This document shows, piece by piece, positions 18,245 through 25,985 of a stretch of 64,000 bases of DNA. Under the pieces are notes generated by a model that was not told where the DNA came from, made no database searches, and saw only the letters and a program-made list of their open reading frames with translations. Origin of the DNA: a virus; IMG/VR virus record IMGVR_UViG_3300031885_000003, positions 18,854-82,853 of that record. One strand, written 5' to 3'. Position 1 is the stretch's first letter. Each line of letters starts with the position of its first letter. Both the position numbers and the translations under genes were made by a program.

Positions 18245-18344
18245 ATTATGTGGAACGGGAAAACGCATAGGGCGACCGGCGGCGGGATAGGGATAGAGCG
18301 CCACGGGAAACAACGCGCCGGAGAGCGCAAAGGGAGACGTGAAC

Positions 18345-18479
18345 ATGATTAAGCATTGCACACAATGCGGGGAAAAACACGAAGAATTAGAACCCTGTCC
18401 AGAACCAATTCTTAAGAAATGGTTCCCCGGTGTGAAAGGAATCGGGCCGGATGGGAAGCCGTTAAAAGGTATTTGGTAA
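18345..18479 (+). CDS. 44-aa Cys-containing early protein
   Basis: GGGAG RBS after GCGC hairpin; CTQC motif. Confidence 0.55.
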   Translation: MIKHCTQCGEKHEELEPCPEPILKKWFPGVKGIGPDGKPLKGIW

Positions 18480-18720
18480 CAACGCGCCACGGCGCAGAAA
18501 GCCTGAATATGAACCACGCGGCGATAGAAGCGGCTCGGGACCGGGCCCACCACGCGCAATTGCGACACCTGGTCGCCGCCGGCGACATTGCCGATTACCC
18601 GAAATGGTAGAAACGGCTCAAGCGGTTGTTATGCGGGCCAGATGTGGTAGACGACGAAAACGGGAGTCTGCATGCGCGAGTGCGTGCAGCTCTAAAACTG
18701 GTGGATGAAAGGATCGGAGT

Positions 18721-18915
18721 ATGGTGAACACGAAGAAAAAGCAGCTGATGGGCCGGAACTTCTACTTGACGCAGGAGGAGGCGAAGTTCCTCAGCGAGCT
18801 TGGCCGGGAACCCGGCGCGATCAACGGCAACATGTCCGCGGGATTGCGGAAAGCGGTGGAGTACGTCAAAGCCCACATGAAACAGATCCCGCTCGACAAG
18901 GAGGAAGGACCATGA
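18721..18915 (+). CDS. Ribbon-helix-helix (CopG/Arc-like) regulator
   Basis: RNFYLTQEE...LSEL...NMSAGLRKAVE pattern. Confidence 0.65.
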   Translation: MVNTKKKQLMGRNFYLTQEEAKFLSELGREPGAINGNMSAGLRKAVEYVKAHMKQIPLDKEEGP

Positions 18916-19133
18916 GAAACCGAGAAGCAAATTTAGAATGGTTGAACCGGCGCATTGATCATCTCTCTGCGGAGATGTCACGTGCCGTGAAGAATTATGT
19001 CGAAGCGGTCCAATCTCGTGACAAAGAGGGCATCGCAACAAGCGCATGCGAGCATGCCCAGGCGACTGGCCGGTACACCGAGGCCACGCTCATCCGTAGT
19101 TATATCGCCACCGACGCCGTAATTTGTCCGTAG
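18912..19133 (+). CDS. Hypothetical helical protein
   Basis: ATGA coupling to the previous gene. Confidence 0.6.
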   Translation: MRNREANLEWLNRRIDHLSAEMSRAVKNYVEAVQSRDKEGIATSACEHAQATGRYTEATLIRSYIATDAVICP

Positions 19134-19137
19134 CATT

Positions 19138-19175
19138 CGCCCCCGGTTGCAGTCTGGCCGGGGGCGTGCTGTTTT
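19138..19175. terminator. Terminator between the convergent early array and integrase
   Basis: CGCCCCCGG...CCGGGGGCG stem followed by TGCTGTTTT. Confidence 0.65.
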
Positions 19176-20221
19176 CAGGCGTAGGGACGATCTATGTCCG
19201 CGTCCCTGGGCGACAGGTGAGCGTAGATCATCGTGGTCTTGCTATCGGCATGGCCAAGCCATTGAGACACCTTGAACAGGCTGACGCCAGCACTCACCAG
19301 TTGAGACGCGAACGTATGCCGGAGCGTCTTGGGCGTGCACCACGGGACGGCAGCAGCCACGGCGACAGCCTCAAAAGACTTCCTGGGGTCAAAGCGGTAG
19401 CGATCCCGCCCAGGGGCCGCACTTGGGGCGATGATGAAGCCCTGGGCCTGCCTGAACTCGCCCAGGATGGCTTGTAGTTGTTCAGGGAATGGGATTGTGC
19501 GTGGCCGCTTGCCTTTGGGGTCCCACCCGGTAGGCTCATCATCATCTGAGTCGATGCCTACCATGTGGATCAGCTTTTGCTCCCAATCGAACCACTCCCA
19601 CCGGGCCTGTACGATCTCCGCTTTGCGCAACCCGGCATGGATCCCCAAGGCAAAGTACAAAAGCATATCTTGACTATGGGCCTTGGCCGCGTCGAGCACC
19701 GCGGCTACCTGGGCCTTGTCCAACCATTTGACGTGCCGGGCAGGCTCCTCTATGAGCCTTGCGCCGCTGAACGCGTTGGGCCCGGGGATCCAGTGCTGCT
19801 CGACAGCGATACCAAAGAGCGCCTTGAGGCTCTTGATGCAGACGTTGGTGGTCTTGGCCGCTCTGCCGGCCGATTTGAACCTTGCCTTGACCACATCCAG
19901 GTGAGCGATCCCGACGTCGGCCAGCGCGGCGCCGTTACACGCGGCCTTGAGTTTACCCAACGCCCAGAGGTACGAATCCCGCGTGCTCTGGCGATGGTGC
20001 AGGTCAGCCCACGCCCGGTATCGGTCCTCGAGATCCGCCAGGGTGCAGACAGCCGGCGGCGGGGCTTCGACAGGCAGACCCGCGACCAGGAGCGCCTCGA
20101 TCCTTGCCCGCCTTGCCTCCGCTTTAGCGGCATCTTTGGTGTGCAAGCTCGTCCAGACCGTCTTGGCTCCGTCCTGATACCGTAGATACCACGTCTTGCC
20201 CCGCAGATAGAGCGTGCTCAT
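19175..20221 (-). CDS. int: Tyrosine integrase
   Basis: GLRKAEI (R), PKGK, KTLRHTFAS (K for first H of HxxR), LGH, TTMIYAH; N-terminal arm-binding domain. Confidence 0.95.
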   Translation of the reverse strand: MSTLYLRGKTWYLRYQDGAKTVWTSLHTKDAAKAEARRARIEALLVAGLPVEAPPPAVCTLADLEDRYRAWADLHHRQSTRDSYLWALGKLKAACNGAALADVGIAHLDVVKARFKSAGRAAKTTNVCIKSLKALFGIAVEQHWIPGPNAFSGARLIEEPARHVKWLDKAQVAAVLDAAKAHSQDMLLYFALGIHAGLRKAEIVQARWEWFDWEQKLIHMVGIDSDDDEPTGWDPKGKRPRTIPFPEQLQAILGEFRQAQGFIIAPSAAPGRDRYRFDPRKSFEAVAVAAAVPWCTPKTLRHTFASQLVSAGVSLFKVSQWLGHADSKTTMIYAHLSPRDADIDRPYA

Positions 20222-20225
20222 GGCT

Positions 20226-20567
20226 TCACTCCACCCGCGATATCTTATGGCCGGGATCGTGCATACAAAACCTTACGGGCTGCGGTCCCAACACAGGAAA
20301 CTCGAACTGTGGCCGCCACTGGAACTCGTCCCAGACGCGCTTGGGTAGATACGCAAACCCCTGGAGCAGGTCATAGACATGCACCGGCACGCCCATAAAC
20401 GGGGTGTGCAATTCCAACACTTCACACGGCGGCGATTCTTCGGGCGATGAACACTCGGCCCGCAAAGCATCATGCGCCCCTATCCCCATCACCAGCACCA
20501 TCGGCTCCAACTGCCCCTCCATCTCGTTTTCAACCCGCTGCATCATCTCGACAATCTGGTCAATCAT
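20226..20567 (-). CDS. Hypothetical protein between attP and int
   Basis: GGAGGG RBS before MIDQIVEMMQ. Confidence 0.55.
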   Translation of the reverse strand: MIDQIVEMMQRVENEMEGQLEPMVLVMGIGAHDALRAECSSPEESPPCEVLELHTPFMGVPVHVYDLLQGFAYLPKRVWDEFQWRPQFEFPVLGPQPVRFCMHDPGHKISRVE

Positions 20568-20584
20568 GGTGTCCCTCCCTCCGT

Positions 20585-20878
20585 GAGTAGTCACTTTGAG
20601 TAGTCACCTCTCAAAATGCTCTGTTAATGCGACCATGAGGAGTGTATCGTAAATGGTTGGGATTGTCAAGGGTTACGATTGGTGGAGATGAACGGGATCG
20701 AACCGTCGCCCTCATGACTGCCAGTTATATAATACAGAAATGCACAAGTCCAGCAACATCATGTAGTTACATGGTATCACTGGACTTGCGCGGGAACGCT
20801 GCTCTTCGCAGAACACCGCCAAACACCGCCAAAATGGTATCGGGGTAGTCACTTTTGCCGGCTCGGGGTAGTCACTTT
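20585..20878. other. attP: core 20680-20725 = 3' half of tRNA-Ala(GGC) (minus strand), flanked by four GTAGTCAC arm-type repeats
   Basis: Minus strand ACTGGCAGTCATGAGGGCGACGGTTCGATCCCGTTCATCTCCACCA (GGC anticodon loop, T-loop, U70, CCA); arm repeats at 20585, 20598, 20840, 20863. Confidence 0.85.
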
Positions 20879-20880
20879 GT

Positions 20881-21339
20881 TCACAATCCCAGCAGCCCAT
20901 TTAGGATGGCCTTCATCGTTGGCCCGTTCGACTCAAGACACTCATCAGAAGCGGCTTTCTTGTCGTCAAAGTACCAGTCGTAGTTCAAGCCACCTTCCAA
21001 GGACTGAATTACCATACCGTAACCCCCATGGCGAAGGAGTTCTTCACCGAAGTAGTGGTAGTAATAACCGATTGCCAACTCGTATTTCCCATCCACGAGA
21101 TTCTCCACACAAAACGTTTCTCCGGGTTGTAAAGGCTCAGGTAAGATGTTCATACCCTTTGTGGGAACTGGATCAACTGGACCGATGCGGGTAACCGACA
21201 AAGAGTAGATATCATGGTCATAATTGTTGTGCAACGTCAGGCTGTTCGTTCCGTTTGGGTTGGAGTTGGGTGAATCTGGACAGCCCGCCAGGACCGCCAG
21301 AACGAACAGCACTACCGCGTACCGCAATCTCTTGTTCAT
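20881..21339 (-). CDS. Lysogeny-region lipoprotein (possible superinfection exclusion)
   Basis: MNKRLRYAVVLFVLAVLAGCP lipobox; directly downstream of repressor. Confidence 0.7.
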   Translation of the reverse strand: MNKRLRYAVVLFVLAVLAGCPDSPNSNPNGTNSLTLHNNYDHDIYSLSVTRIGPVDPVPTKGMNILPEPLQPGETFCVENLVDGKYELAIGYYYHYFGEELLRHGGYGMVIQSLEGGLNYDWYFDDKKAASDECLESNGPTMKAILNGLLGL

Positions 21340-21350
21340 GGCTTTCTCCT

Positions 21351-21674
21351 TTATTTGAGTTGTTTCCCACAATGGATACAGAACTTCGCCGTTTTTCCCC
21401 GGACACTGAGAACAGTCAACTCGTAGCAAATGGCACACGTCACTTCCCGCAGACCCGATTCTGGCACTTGTGGCTTACCCTCGATCATCGCTTTCAGCTT
21501 CGCAAGGTTTTTTCTCGTCATATCCTTAGTCCCACCACGTTCCCAAGCCCCGTAAGTGTTCATGCTTAACCCAAGGAAATTACTCACATCCATCTGCGAC
21601 AACCCCTGCTCATCACGCCACTGTTTTGCCCGTTCCCTTAATACCCCATCATCTGCCCCGGCCCCTTTACTCAT
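21351..21674 (-). CDS. CI-like XRE repressor with C-terminal CxxC...CxxC zinc ribbon
   Basis: LSQMDVSNFLGLSMNTYGAWERG HTH; divergent from cro. Confidence 0.8.
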   Translation of the reverse strand: MSKGAGADDGVLRERAKQWRDEQGLSQMDVSNFLGLSMNTYGAWERGGTKDMTRKNLAKLKAMIEGKPQVPESGLREVTCAICYELTVLSVRGKTAKFCIHCGKQLK

Positions 21675-21675
21675 T

Positions 21676-21823
21676 TGTCAATCCTCCATATATATCGCGC
21701 AGACTGCTTTTGCGCCATCCGTATAGGATAGTACACCGATAATGCACGTCCTGTCAAGGGGTTGCAGAATTATACACAGACCATATATTTTTCTTGACAA
21801 AACAAGCCACCTGTCTATACACT
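21676..21823. promoter_or_regulatory. Divergent immunity promoters
   Basis: Leftward TTGACA(21757-21752)-18-TACTAT; rightward TTGACA(21794)-18-TACACT. Confidence 0.65.
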
Positions 21824-21848
21824 GGCGGTGCACCAAAAGGAGAGGCCA

Positions 21849-22067
21849 ATGCAGATGGAACGACAGACGACGCCACAACGGGCCGTGTTGGAACGAATGA
21901 TTAACCACAAGGGCTGGACATACACAGAACTTGCGAAACGGGCGGGGTTACATCAGAGCCTCATCGGCAAACTGCTGAGCGGGGAACGGGCGATCACCTT
22001 TCGGACAGCCCGGAAACTGGCCAAAGTATTTAACATGAGTTGGCGTCATTTCTTTTGCGAGGAATAG
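21849..22067 (+). CDS. Cro-like HTH
   Basis: WTYTELAKRAGLHQSLIGKLLSGER. Confidence 0.8.
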   Translation: MQMERQTTPQRAVLERMINHKGWTYTELAKRAGLHQSLIGKLLSGERAITFRTARKLAKVFNMSWRHFFCEE

Positions 22068-22069
22068 CA

Positions 22070-22339
22070 ATGCCTGAAACCTACCTTGGCCCCGCCCAGG
22101 CGGCAAAGTACATGAACATCGGCGTCACCCTGTTTTACCGGTTGCGGAAGGGCGACGCCGCATTCCCCGCGGCTATCCCGCTCGGCCGGTGCCGCCGTTA
22201 TAGCGTCTACGACCTCGACGCCTACATGCAGTCGAAGAAACCAAAACCCGTCACACCCGATCCCGAACTGGAAAAAGAAGCTGCGGACATCATCCGCAGC
22301 CATAGGAAACCACAAGAGGAGAACCACGCTCATGCCTAA
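22070..22339 (+). CDS. Excisionase/AlpA-like winged-helix protein
   Basis: YLGPAQAAKYMNIGVTLFYRL...FPAAIPLGR..RY. Confidence 0.75.
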   Translation: MPETYLGPAQAAKYMNIGVTLFYRLRKGDAAFPAAIPLGRCRRYSVYDLDAYMQSKKPKPVTPDPELEKEAADIIRSHRKPQEENHAHA

Positions 22340-22583
22340 GAAACGCAAACCGCGAGCGCAGGCGCCGACAGCAGCACCAAAGCCAACCGCTGCCGTGCGC
22401 GTCCCGAAAGCCGTCCTCGACGGCCTGATGGCTCTGCAGTCGACCCCAACGAACACCCGCAACATCAACCAGGCGATCCAGATGCTCCGGCGTCTCGGAC
22501 ATCCGCAGGCGCAGCTATGGGTGTCACAGCACCCGAGCGAATACTACGAGGGGGTCGAGGTCGGCTTCGAGGCGGACGAATGA
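22332..22583 (+). CDS. Hypothetical protein (DUF5049-like)
   Basis: AVLDGL...TN...W...HPSEYYEGVEVGF pattern recalled for DUF5049. Confidence 0.5.
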   Translation: MPKKRKPRAQAPTAAPKPTAAVRVPKAVLDGLMALQSTPTNTRNINQAIQMLRRLGHPQAQLWVSQHPSEYYEGVEVGFEADE

Positions 22584-23086
22584 GCCGTAAGACGTGCACA
22601 CAATGCGGGGAGGAGAAACACCACGTCTCGTTTTACGCGGGGAGCAGCGTATGCCGGGCCTGTCAGAGCGAGCCGAGGCCGAAGATCAACGATGGCCGGG
22701 CACCCACTTTGGCAGAAGCGGAAGAGAAGGAGCGGCCGGCGCCGCGTCCCATGCCCGTGCCCGTTTCTGCGCCAGTGAACCCGCCGGAAAAACTGCCAGC
22801 GTTAGAACTGGCATCGTCGCTGGAATACCGGTTTTGCAAAGACGAAGAGCCAGAGCCGGAAACCGAAAAGGGTCCAGAGACCGACATAGACGGGGGACGG
22901 CTGATCGTGAAAGCCGAGACGTCGGTGGAACTGCTTGCGGCCGTCCTGATCGCCGTGTTGGACGTCTGCCCGGACGCCCGGTGCAAGTCTCTATATGGAG
23001 AGTTAGTAATCACGGCGGGGAGACAAAGGGAGAGTAACCAACGAAAGGAGAACACGACTGATGAACTGGAAGATTTTAGGGGTTGA
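22580..23086 (+). CDS. Zn-finger hypothetical protein
   Basis: CTQC...CRAC; ATGA coupling. Confidence 0.6.
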   Translation: MSRKTCTQCGEEKHHVSFYAGSSVCRACQSEPRPKINDGRAPTLAEAEEKERPAPRPMPVPVSAPVNPPEKLPALELASSLEYRFCKDEEPEPETEKGPETDIDGGRLIVKAETSVELLAAVLIAVLDVCPDARCKSLYGELVITAGRQRESNQRKENTTDELEDFRG

Positions 23087-23483
23087 CGACAAGTTGCCCG
23101 AGTTGGATGGGCCGATTCAATTGCAGTTGGAACATGTCAACGGCACGCTCAGGGAAGTCGCTCTGGCCTGCAACTACGACGTGGTTCTGAAAATCATCCC
23201 GGGGCCATACGGCGGCCTCCAATTGCTGGTGCCACCGGATCCGAAACCAATCTACGAGATGCGTGGCGAGCTGTGCGGTTTCCGGGCCAGGCCCATAGAG
23301 TTCGACGACGAAGCCAAGGCCCGCGAAAAGTACCTCTGGCACGTCTCACAAGTCGGCCCCTCGCCACATAAGATCCAACTGGTCAAAGTGACTCGGGTGG
23401 GCGACGAGAAGGAGCGTGAAGAAGTGCTAGCAGAGGATATTGTGAGCGTAGCGGAGGCACACGCCGACCCCGACAACTTCTAA
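23061..23483 (+). CDS. Hypothetical protein
   Basis: AAGGAG RBS; 140 aa. Confidence 0.65.
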   Translation: MNWKILGVDDKLPELDGPIQLQLEHVNGTLREVALACNYDVVLKIIPGPYGGLQLLVPPDPKPIYEMRGELCGFRARPIEFDDEAKAREKYLWHVSQVGPSPHKIQLVKVTRVGDEKEREEVLAEDIVSVAEAHADPDNF

Positions 23484-23495
23484 CTTCTCTGATCT

Positions 23496-23984
23496 CGGTG
23501 CGCCGCCAGGCAGGTTCGCAGCCCGCCCTCACGCCCCCTCTGATCCCCATCAGAGACACACGGCGGCGCACCGCTTGAAAGTTGAAGATTTTAGGTGTGC
23601 TGTGGCCGAGGAATGCGTGACGGGCGCGAGAAATCGCGTTGGTAAGCGACGACGGCTTACGGTCGGCTCGACGATGGGGTAAGGAACAGACCCTTAGAGC
23701 AGCAAGTAGGTCAGCCGGGCGCGGGTGATTTTACCCGTAGTAACAGTACAGGCCGAGATAACGCCAGACAGCCACAGCACACCGATTTTCCAGCGGCGGT
23801 AAATACTCGCGAGCGCCGCTGGTTCTCCAGTGCGCGGCGTTTCAATGGTCTCGCAACCCCCAAGGGCGCCGCGCACTGGTCTCCACAACGGGAAGGGGGT
23901 GGTTTATGAAGTAAAGACTAACTTCTCCCATTTAACGATGCAAGCAGCACGGGGGCGGGTCAGACAGACGCCGGCCCGCCCCCG
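23496..23984 (+). ncRNA. Cluster of six consecutive structured RNA elements
   Basis: Closing stems 23496/23573 (12 bp), 23594/23783 (13 bp, multibranch), 23790/23822, 23827/23879 (13 bp), ~23890/23929, 23950/23984; no credible ORF. Confidence 0.6.
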
Positions 23985-24566
23985 CAAAGAAAGGGGACTA
24001 TGGGATCAAAAGCGATTTTCGCCGGCACAATCAACCCGCCACGCAACGGTGTGTTCAAGACACTATAGGCCGTGCCCGATAGTTGGGAGGCCGAGTGCAT
24101 GACGCTCCAATCGTCGTTGCGCGACGCGCTGGCGGCGGAGAAGGACGCGATCATCGCCAGACTGAGGAACGACCTGGAGAAGGCACGGAGGTTGGAACAA
24201 CGTTTATGAATAAAAAAGATCCTGATGAGACGATGAGGCAAATTCGGTCAGAGCAACGCGAACGCCTCCGGGACCGGTTCGCAATGGCGGCGCTGACAGG
24301 GTTGCCTACAACCGAACAGACGCCAGAGCATCTTGCAAAAACAGCCTACAGAATAGCCGACGCCATGCTGGCCGAGCGGGAGAAGACACCATGTTCCTCT
24401 CCTTCCTAAACCTATTCCGCCGCCCGCGTTGCGCCGACTGCCAGCGCAAAATTAAGCGGGGGCAAGTAAGCATCAGGGTCGCAAATCTTGACGATTTTCT
24501 CGGGTATAGGTGGGTAAAACTCTGTGCGTCCTGCTACTGGGAAGCGACCAAAGGATTCACTGACTG

Positions 24567-24797
24567 ATGAAACGCCAACTGTCGCTTGTGAAGATCAAGA
24601 CGATGGGCGATGCCCTCGCCTACTGCCGGATGCAACGGGGAATCAGTCAGGAGCGACTATTTGAACGTTCAGGCGTACCGCAATCTACGATCAGCAGATT
24701 CGAGCGAGACTTCGACGTGCGGGTGTCAACGGTATTGAAACTTTGCAAAGCCATGGGTGTGCCGTTGAGCGAACTCGCGGCGATGGCAAGGGTGTAG
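24567..24797 (+). CDS. XRE-family HTH protein
   Basis: ISQERLFERSGVPQSTISRFER. Confidence 0.8.
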   Translation: MKRQLSLVKIKTMGDALAYCRMQRGISQERLFERSGVPQSTISRFERDFDVRVSTVLKLCKAMGVPLSELAAMARV

Positions 24798-24799
24798 TG

Positions 24800-25681
24800 A
24801 TGAAAGAAACATTTCAAAATATTAAGTTGAGCAAACTCCGACTCGCCGCCGCAAACCAAGCCGACGTCATCCTTGAAGAATATGCCCTGGGCGGATGGAT
24901 CCTGACGCTGCGGCAACTCTACTACCAGTTCGTCGCGCGCGGCCTACTGGAGAATACCGAGCGCAATTACAAGTGGCTCGGATCCGTCGTCAATGACGGC
25001 AGACTCGCGGGCCTTCTCGACTGGGACCACATAACCGACCGAACTCGCACCTGTCAAGTCGTCAGCACATGGGACTCTCCACAGGACATTATCCAAGCCT
25101 CAATCGACTGCTACCGTATTGACCTCTGGAAAAACCAGCTATATCGGATTGAAGTGTGGGTAGAAAAAGACGCTTTGATTGACGTCGTTGGCCGTGCCGC
25201 AAACTTGGCTCAACTCCCGTACTTTTCCTGTCGCGGATACTGTAGCCAGAGCGCCATGTATGGGGCTGCAAAACGCCTTGAGAAATACATAGAAGCCGAT
25301 CAAATGCCCTACATTCTCTACTTCGGCGACCACGATCCAAGTGGAATCGACATGGCGCGAGACATCCAGGTCCGCCTCAATCTGTTCTTGGACAATCCAC
25401 GGATGCACTTTGACCGTCTCGCGCTGACGATGGAGCAAATCGACCAGTACTCACCGCCGCCAAACCCGGCAAAACTCACCGACTCCCGGTGTCGCGGATA
25501 TATGGATGAATATGGCGAGGAGAGTTGGGAGCTTGATGCGCTTGAGCCTAACGTGATTGTCGAACTCATAACGAACAAGATGGCCGGCCTCAAAGACCAT
25601 ACGGCATGGAAGAAAATGACGGCCGTGCAAAAACGGGATAAAGACACGCTCAAAAACCTGTTGGGGAAAATCAGCGACTAA
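24800..25681 (+). CDS. Spo11/Topo VI-A-like protein (winged helix + TOPRIM)
   Basis: TLRQLYY (cf. Spo11 TxRDxYY catalytic Tyr), VWVEKDAL, GDHDPSG, WELDAL. Confidence 0.75.
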   Translation: MKETFQNIKLSKLRLAAANQADVILEEYALGGWILTLRQLYYQFVARGLLENTERNYKWLGSVVNDGRLAGLLDWDHITDRTRTCQVVSTWDSPQDIIQASIDCYRIDLWKNQLYRIEVWVEKDALIDVVGRAANLAQLPYFSCRGYCSQSAMYGAAKRLEKYIEADQMPYILYFGDHDPSGIDMARDIQVRLNLFLDNPRMHFDRLALTMEQIDQYSPPPNPAKLTDSRCRGYMDEYGEESWELDALEPNVIVELITNKMAGLKDHTAWKKMTAVQKRDKDTLKNLLGKISD

Positions 25682-25985
25682 TGCTCCGTAGCCTATGGGG
25701 TGAGAATTACGAAATGCAAAAAACTGAAGCCCAGGTCGACAAGTGGATGGCCCTCTATGAACCGCGCTATCGGGCGCTCTGCAAACAGGCCAATGCCCTC
25801 GACGACCTCATGTGTGACCGTGCGGTCATACCGCCAGACATCCTGAAAGCGGCTGTCGAGGAACTGGCAGACCTTAAATCCACATGGGAGGGGATTGTCG
25901 GCCCAGTGAACCCGCCCTATGAAATGCTGATCGCCGAGATGCTGTTGGCTGACATCCAAGAAGAGTTTAAGGTCAGGGCGGGGAT

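Larger units (their letters stand above)
16471..18335 (+). repeat. Interspersed hairpin+RBS leader repeats
   Basis: GCCC-GNGA-GGGC-A(A)GG(G)AGG at 16471, 16879, 17533 (and 63827); long hairpin CGCACGYTRCCCCAGGYGGGG(CGACCGCGRGCGGGGTAAG) at ~17188, ~17716, ~18074. Confidence 0.85.

Noticed and set aside
16471-18335. CRISPR array or integron attC array
   Set aside because: The repeats are degenerate, of several types, and separated by whole genes. No cas genes, no attC R''/R' (RYYYAAC...GTTRRRY) boxes, and the integrase looks like a phage arm-binding type.
20680-20725. Functional tRNA-Ala gene
   Set aside because: Only the anticodon loop to CCA is present; the D-arm and 5' acceptor strand are absent, so it is an att core.
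24000-24209. Second in-frame TAG suggesting amber recoding
   Set aside because: The downstream part has its own GGAGG RBS and ATG (~24099), and TAG ends core genes normally (cro, scaffold, MCP).
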